From Phaeosaccion multiseriatum (lineage: Eukaryota > Protista > Ochrophyta, other classes), in contig OZ218963.1 of assembly GCA_965112735.1 (NCBI GenBank), positions 1,798,001 through 1,862,000 on the forward strand: a DNA stretch of 64,000 bases, read 5' to 3'. How positions within the stretch are numbered: the stretch's first letter is position 1; each line of letters begins with the position of its first letter. Shown here in pieces: positions 61,575 to 64,000 of the stretch. Under the pieces are notes generated by a model. The model searched no databases. It saw only the letters and a list, made by a program, of their open reading frames with translations, and was not told the DNA's origin. The translations under genes were made by a program, and so were the position numbers.

Positions 61575-63151
61575 CTTTCTGTGTGCAGGCGCCTCACCAA
61601 ATACACGTCTTCTGGTGCCATCCTATTGTATTACCCCCCCCCCCAAATCCCTCCTTCACCCTATCCTCCTCTTCACCCGGCCTTATGTCTCTTGCCTGCT
61701 TCGTCGTCAGCCCTCCTCCTCTTCCACCTCCGCTTCCTTGCTGTGAACGCGCCTTCGCAGCCTCTGGAGCTGAAAAAGGAGCAAGACTACAAGGACCATC
61801 ATGCATAAGACGTTGGAGGGGTAGTGTCCTGCATAGCAGCAGCAGCGGCAGCAGCAGCATCACGAGGAGGAGTAACAACAGGAAGCGCACACAAAGCAAA
61901 GCATGGAGGGCTCGGAGTAGAAGCGAGTTGGGGGCTGACAACAGCAGCAACAGCGCCGTTTTCCACCTCTACAGGAGCCCAGGAGTGAGAGGGAGAGGGA
62001 ACGGCATTCGCGGCTCTCATATGATGGCCTTGTCGCATTCGATGGAAGAAGACCATCCGGAGGGGGATGGTGCTGTCGAAGATAACGACGAGGACGATCG
62101 AGTGAGCAGGGAGGGGGGAGAAGGTGGTGCTGGTGTGGGTGAGACAGACGCAATCACACGCGCGAAAGCTGCGGCTGCTGCTCGGGAAAATGCAGGCACC
62201 CAGACCGTGAGCCAGAGGGTGAATGAAATATTCGGCAAGTTCGTCATGGAAGAGGAAGAGGACGACGACGTGTACATTGACGAGGAGGCGGACATTGCCA
62301 ATTTGGCGGAGCTAAGAGAAGAGTCCAAGAGGCTGGTGACGACGTACTTGAAAAAGATGGGGACAGGAGACATGATGGGGTCGCCAGCAGCGACGGCTTC
62401 GGACGGCGGCGGCGACTGGGACGTGAACGACCCGCAACAGATGGCCAAACAAGTGGCGGCGGCTTTTCTGAAAATGAAGGAGAGAGAGAAGAGAGAGGCG
62501 GCGGGGGGAACCAATGAGAGCAAACCAGAGGGGGGGGATGGAGGCGGCCAGACACCGGCTTGGAGAAGAACGTTGCCCAGACGGAGGAATAAGAAACTCG
62601 GTAATAGTGGTGGTGGTGGTGGTGGTGGTGATAGCGTGGGGGAAGGGGGGAACGACATGCAGGAAGTGCAAGACTCACAGGTCCCTTATTCAGGCAATGA
62701 TGCCTCCTTGAGTGGCTCTATCGGCGGGAGGCGGAGGAGAGGAGCCACTATCTCTGGCGAAAGTTGGGCAGAGGTGATGAAGACTCTCCAGCAGGAGGGG
62801 ATGCACGGGAAGGAGGAAGAGGGTGCTACTCAGAATGGTTGGGTCAAGGGCAGCAGTACCACCTCTGGAGCGCCAACAACCCAAAGGAAGAATGCACAGA
62901 CGACTACCCCGAAAGAGCAAGAGGATAGTGGCGACGACTTTGAGAGGAGGAAGCACCAATTCTCCTACGAGGTGGGTGGAGAAGGAGAGGGGCAAGAAGG
63001 CCCGCGGTGGGGTCGCGCGGTGGAGAAGGTCATGGCGGCGGGAGAAGTGGCCAGTACTCCAGAGTTCTTTGCCGCGGCCGAGGAAGAGAGGGAGGACTGG
63101 CTCGCCGTTCTGCAGGAGATGAAGGCGAGGGTGAAGGCGGGCGAGGAGTGA
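61559..63151 (+). CDS. Acidic low-complexity protein of unknown function; true start probably downstream
   Basis: 530-codon open frame with non-repetitive, protein-like composition; no recognisable domain. Confidence 0.55.
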   Translation: MRGPSSFCVQAPHQIHVFWCHPIVLPPPPNPSFTLSSSSPGLMSLACFVVSPPPLPPPLPCCERAFAASGAEKGARLQGPSCIRRWRGSVLHSSSSGSSSITRRSNNRKRTQSKAWRARSRSELGADNSSNSAVFHLYRSPGVRGRGNGIRGSHMMALSHSMEEDHPEGDGAVEDNDEDDRVSREGGEGGAGVGETDAITRAKAAAAARENAGTQTVSQRVNEIFGKFVMEEEEDDDVYIDEEADIANLAELREESKRLVTTYLKKMGTGDMMGSPAATASDGGGDWDVNDPQQMAKQVAAAFLKMKEREKREAAGGTNESKPEGGDGGGQTPAWRRTLPRRRNKKLGNSGGGGGGGDSVGEGGNDMQEVQDSQVPYSGNDASLSGSIGGRRRRGATISGESWAEVMKTLQQEGMHGKEEEGATQNGWVKGSSTTSGAPTTQRKNAQTTTPKEQEDSGDDFERRKHQFSYEVGGEGEGQEGPRWGRAVEKVMAAGEVASTPEFFAAAEEEREDWLAVLQEMKARVKAGEE

Positions 63152-63732
63152 AGGAGTGGACTGGCTGTGTGGGCAGGAGAGGAAACGTCCCCCAGGGCCC
63201 CTCAAACCCCCCACTCCTCTACACCTGTCCTTCTCCTCTTCCACAAAAAGAGCGTTCTAGACGCCCTTTGACGGCCTTTGCAGAGTAGCAAACGAGCAAA
63301 GAAGGAAAAAGGAAAAAAAAAGAATAATATGTCAATAAAATCCGTTAGCGGGCCCGGTCACAAGCGGATTTGATTTATTTTGCGAGCGGCGGTAATTAAG
63401 AGAAGGGAGGGGAAAAAAGCGGCAAGCACTACTGAAGACGGGCTCCTCACCGTAGAGTAAGGACTTGTTCGAGTTTTGAAAGGGAAGGGCTGGGAGGGAT
63501 GGAAGAGGAGAAGATGGGAGGAGGAGAAGGGCGGCAATGATATACCTTCATCGCCATCCGCTTTCCGCTTCATAAGGAGTCGGCACCCGTAAATAAATCG
63601 GCGTGTCCACACGAAGAGGAGAGACATGAATCCAGCAACTAGTAGGAGCAGAAGTATTGGTCTTGATTGATCGCTAGGTAGGCCCTTACTCGGGAAAGGA
63701 GGGGGACAATACTAGGAGGGGGAGCCAGCAGT

Positions 63733-63962
63733 ATGCCTCTTCTTCGACTGCTGGGCATGAGCAATATCTTGGCTGTACTGCTGCTAGGATTCGTCAATAG
63801 TAGCTATGGCCAGACAACAGGAGGGGAGGGCTCGGTGGGGGCACCATCTCTGCCGTTCACTCTCGTACAACCGTTCCACCTCGTCAGCTACTACAGCTTT
63901 GACGGTGATGACACCACTGCAGACCAAGAAGGGGCGCACAACAGCGCACCACTTTCTCAGAG
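63733..63962 (+). CDS. 5' exon of a secreted protein, possibly LamG/ConA-like (partial)
   Basis: MPLLRLLGMSNILAVLLLGFVNSSYG signal-like segment, then LVSYYSFDGD; donor ag|gtatga at 63963. Confidence 0.5.
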
Positions 63963-64000
63963 GTATGAGAGAGCAAAGGGAAGACGGTACAGACCGTGTC

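Overview
Gene-dense, intron-rich eukaryotic nuclear DNA, most likely from a photosynthetic stramenopile (ochrophyte): several genes start with bipartite signal + ASAF/AHGF/CNGF-type plastid presequences, and the introns are short, GT-AG and full of microsatellites. Exons were joined by hand. Genes found: a small basic plastid protein, a plastid DegT/DnrJ/EryC1/StrS aminotransferase, a cAMP-receptor-like GPCR, a TPK-type two-pore K+ channel, plastid FabG, a PPR protein, a plastid DHAR, a soluble-adenylyl-cyclase-like protein, a cyanobacterial-type TPR membrane protein, a TLC/NTT transporter, a GT37/GT23-like fucosyltransferase, a TMEM65-GAF fusion and several orphan genes. Main highlights: (1) an apparently intact Crypton-type tyrosine-recombinase transposon (~40.92-44.54 kb) whose 968-aa spliced recombinase ends in a PHD-like C4HC3 finger. 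It carries GTGGGGC..GCCCCAC palindromes at both ends and sits inside the split terminal inverted repeat of a MITE whose intact copy is at 2404-2655. (2) A predicted mitochondrial TMEM65 fused to a cNMP-type GAF domain. (3) A hairpin-rich inverted-repeat structure next to a DUF6729-like transposon relic at 50-53 kb. All family assignments come from motif recognition; no database searches were run.
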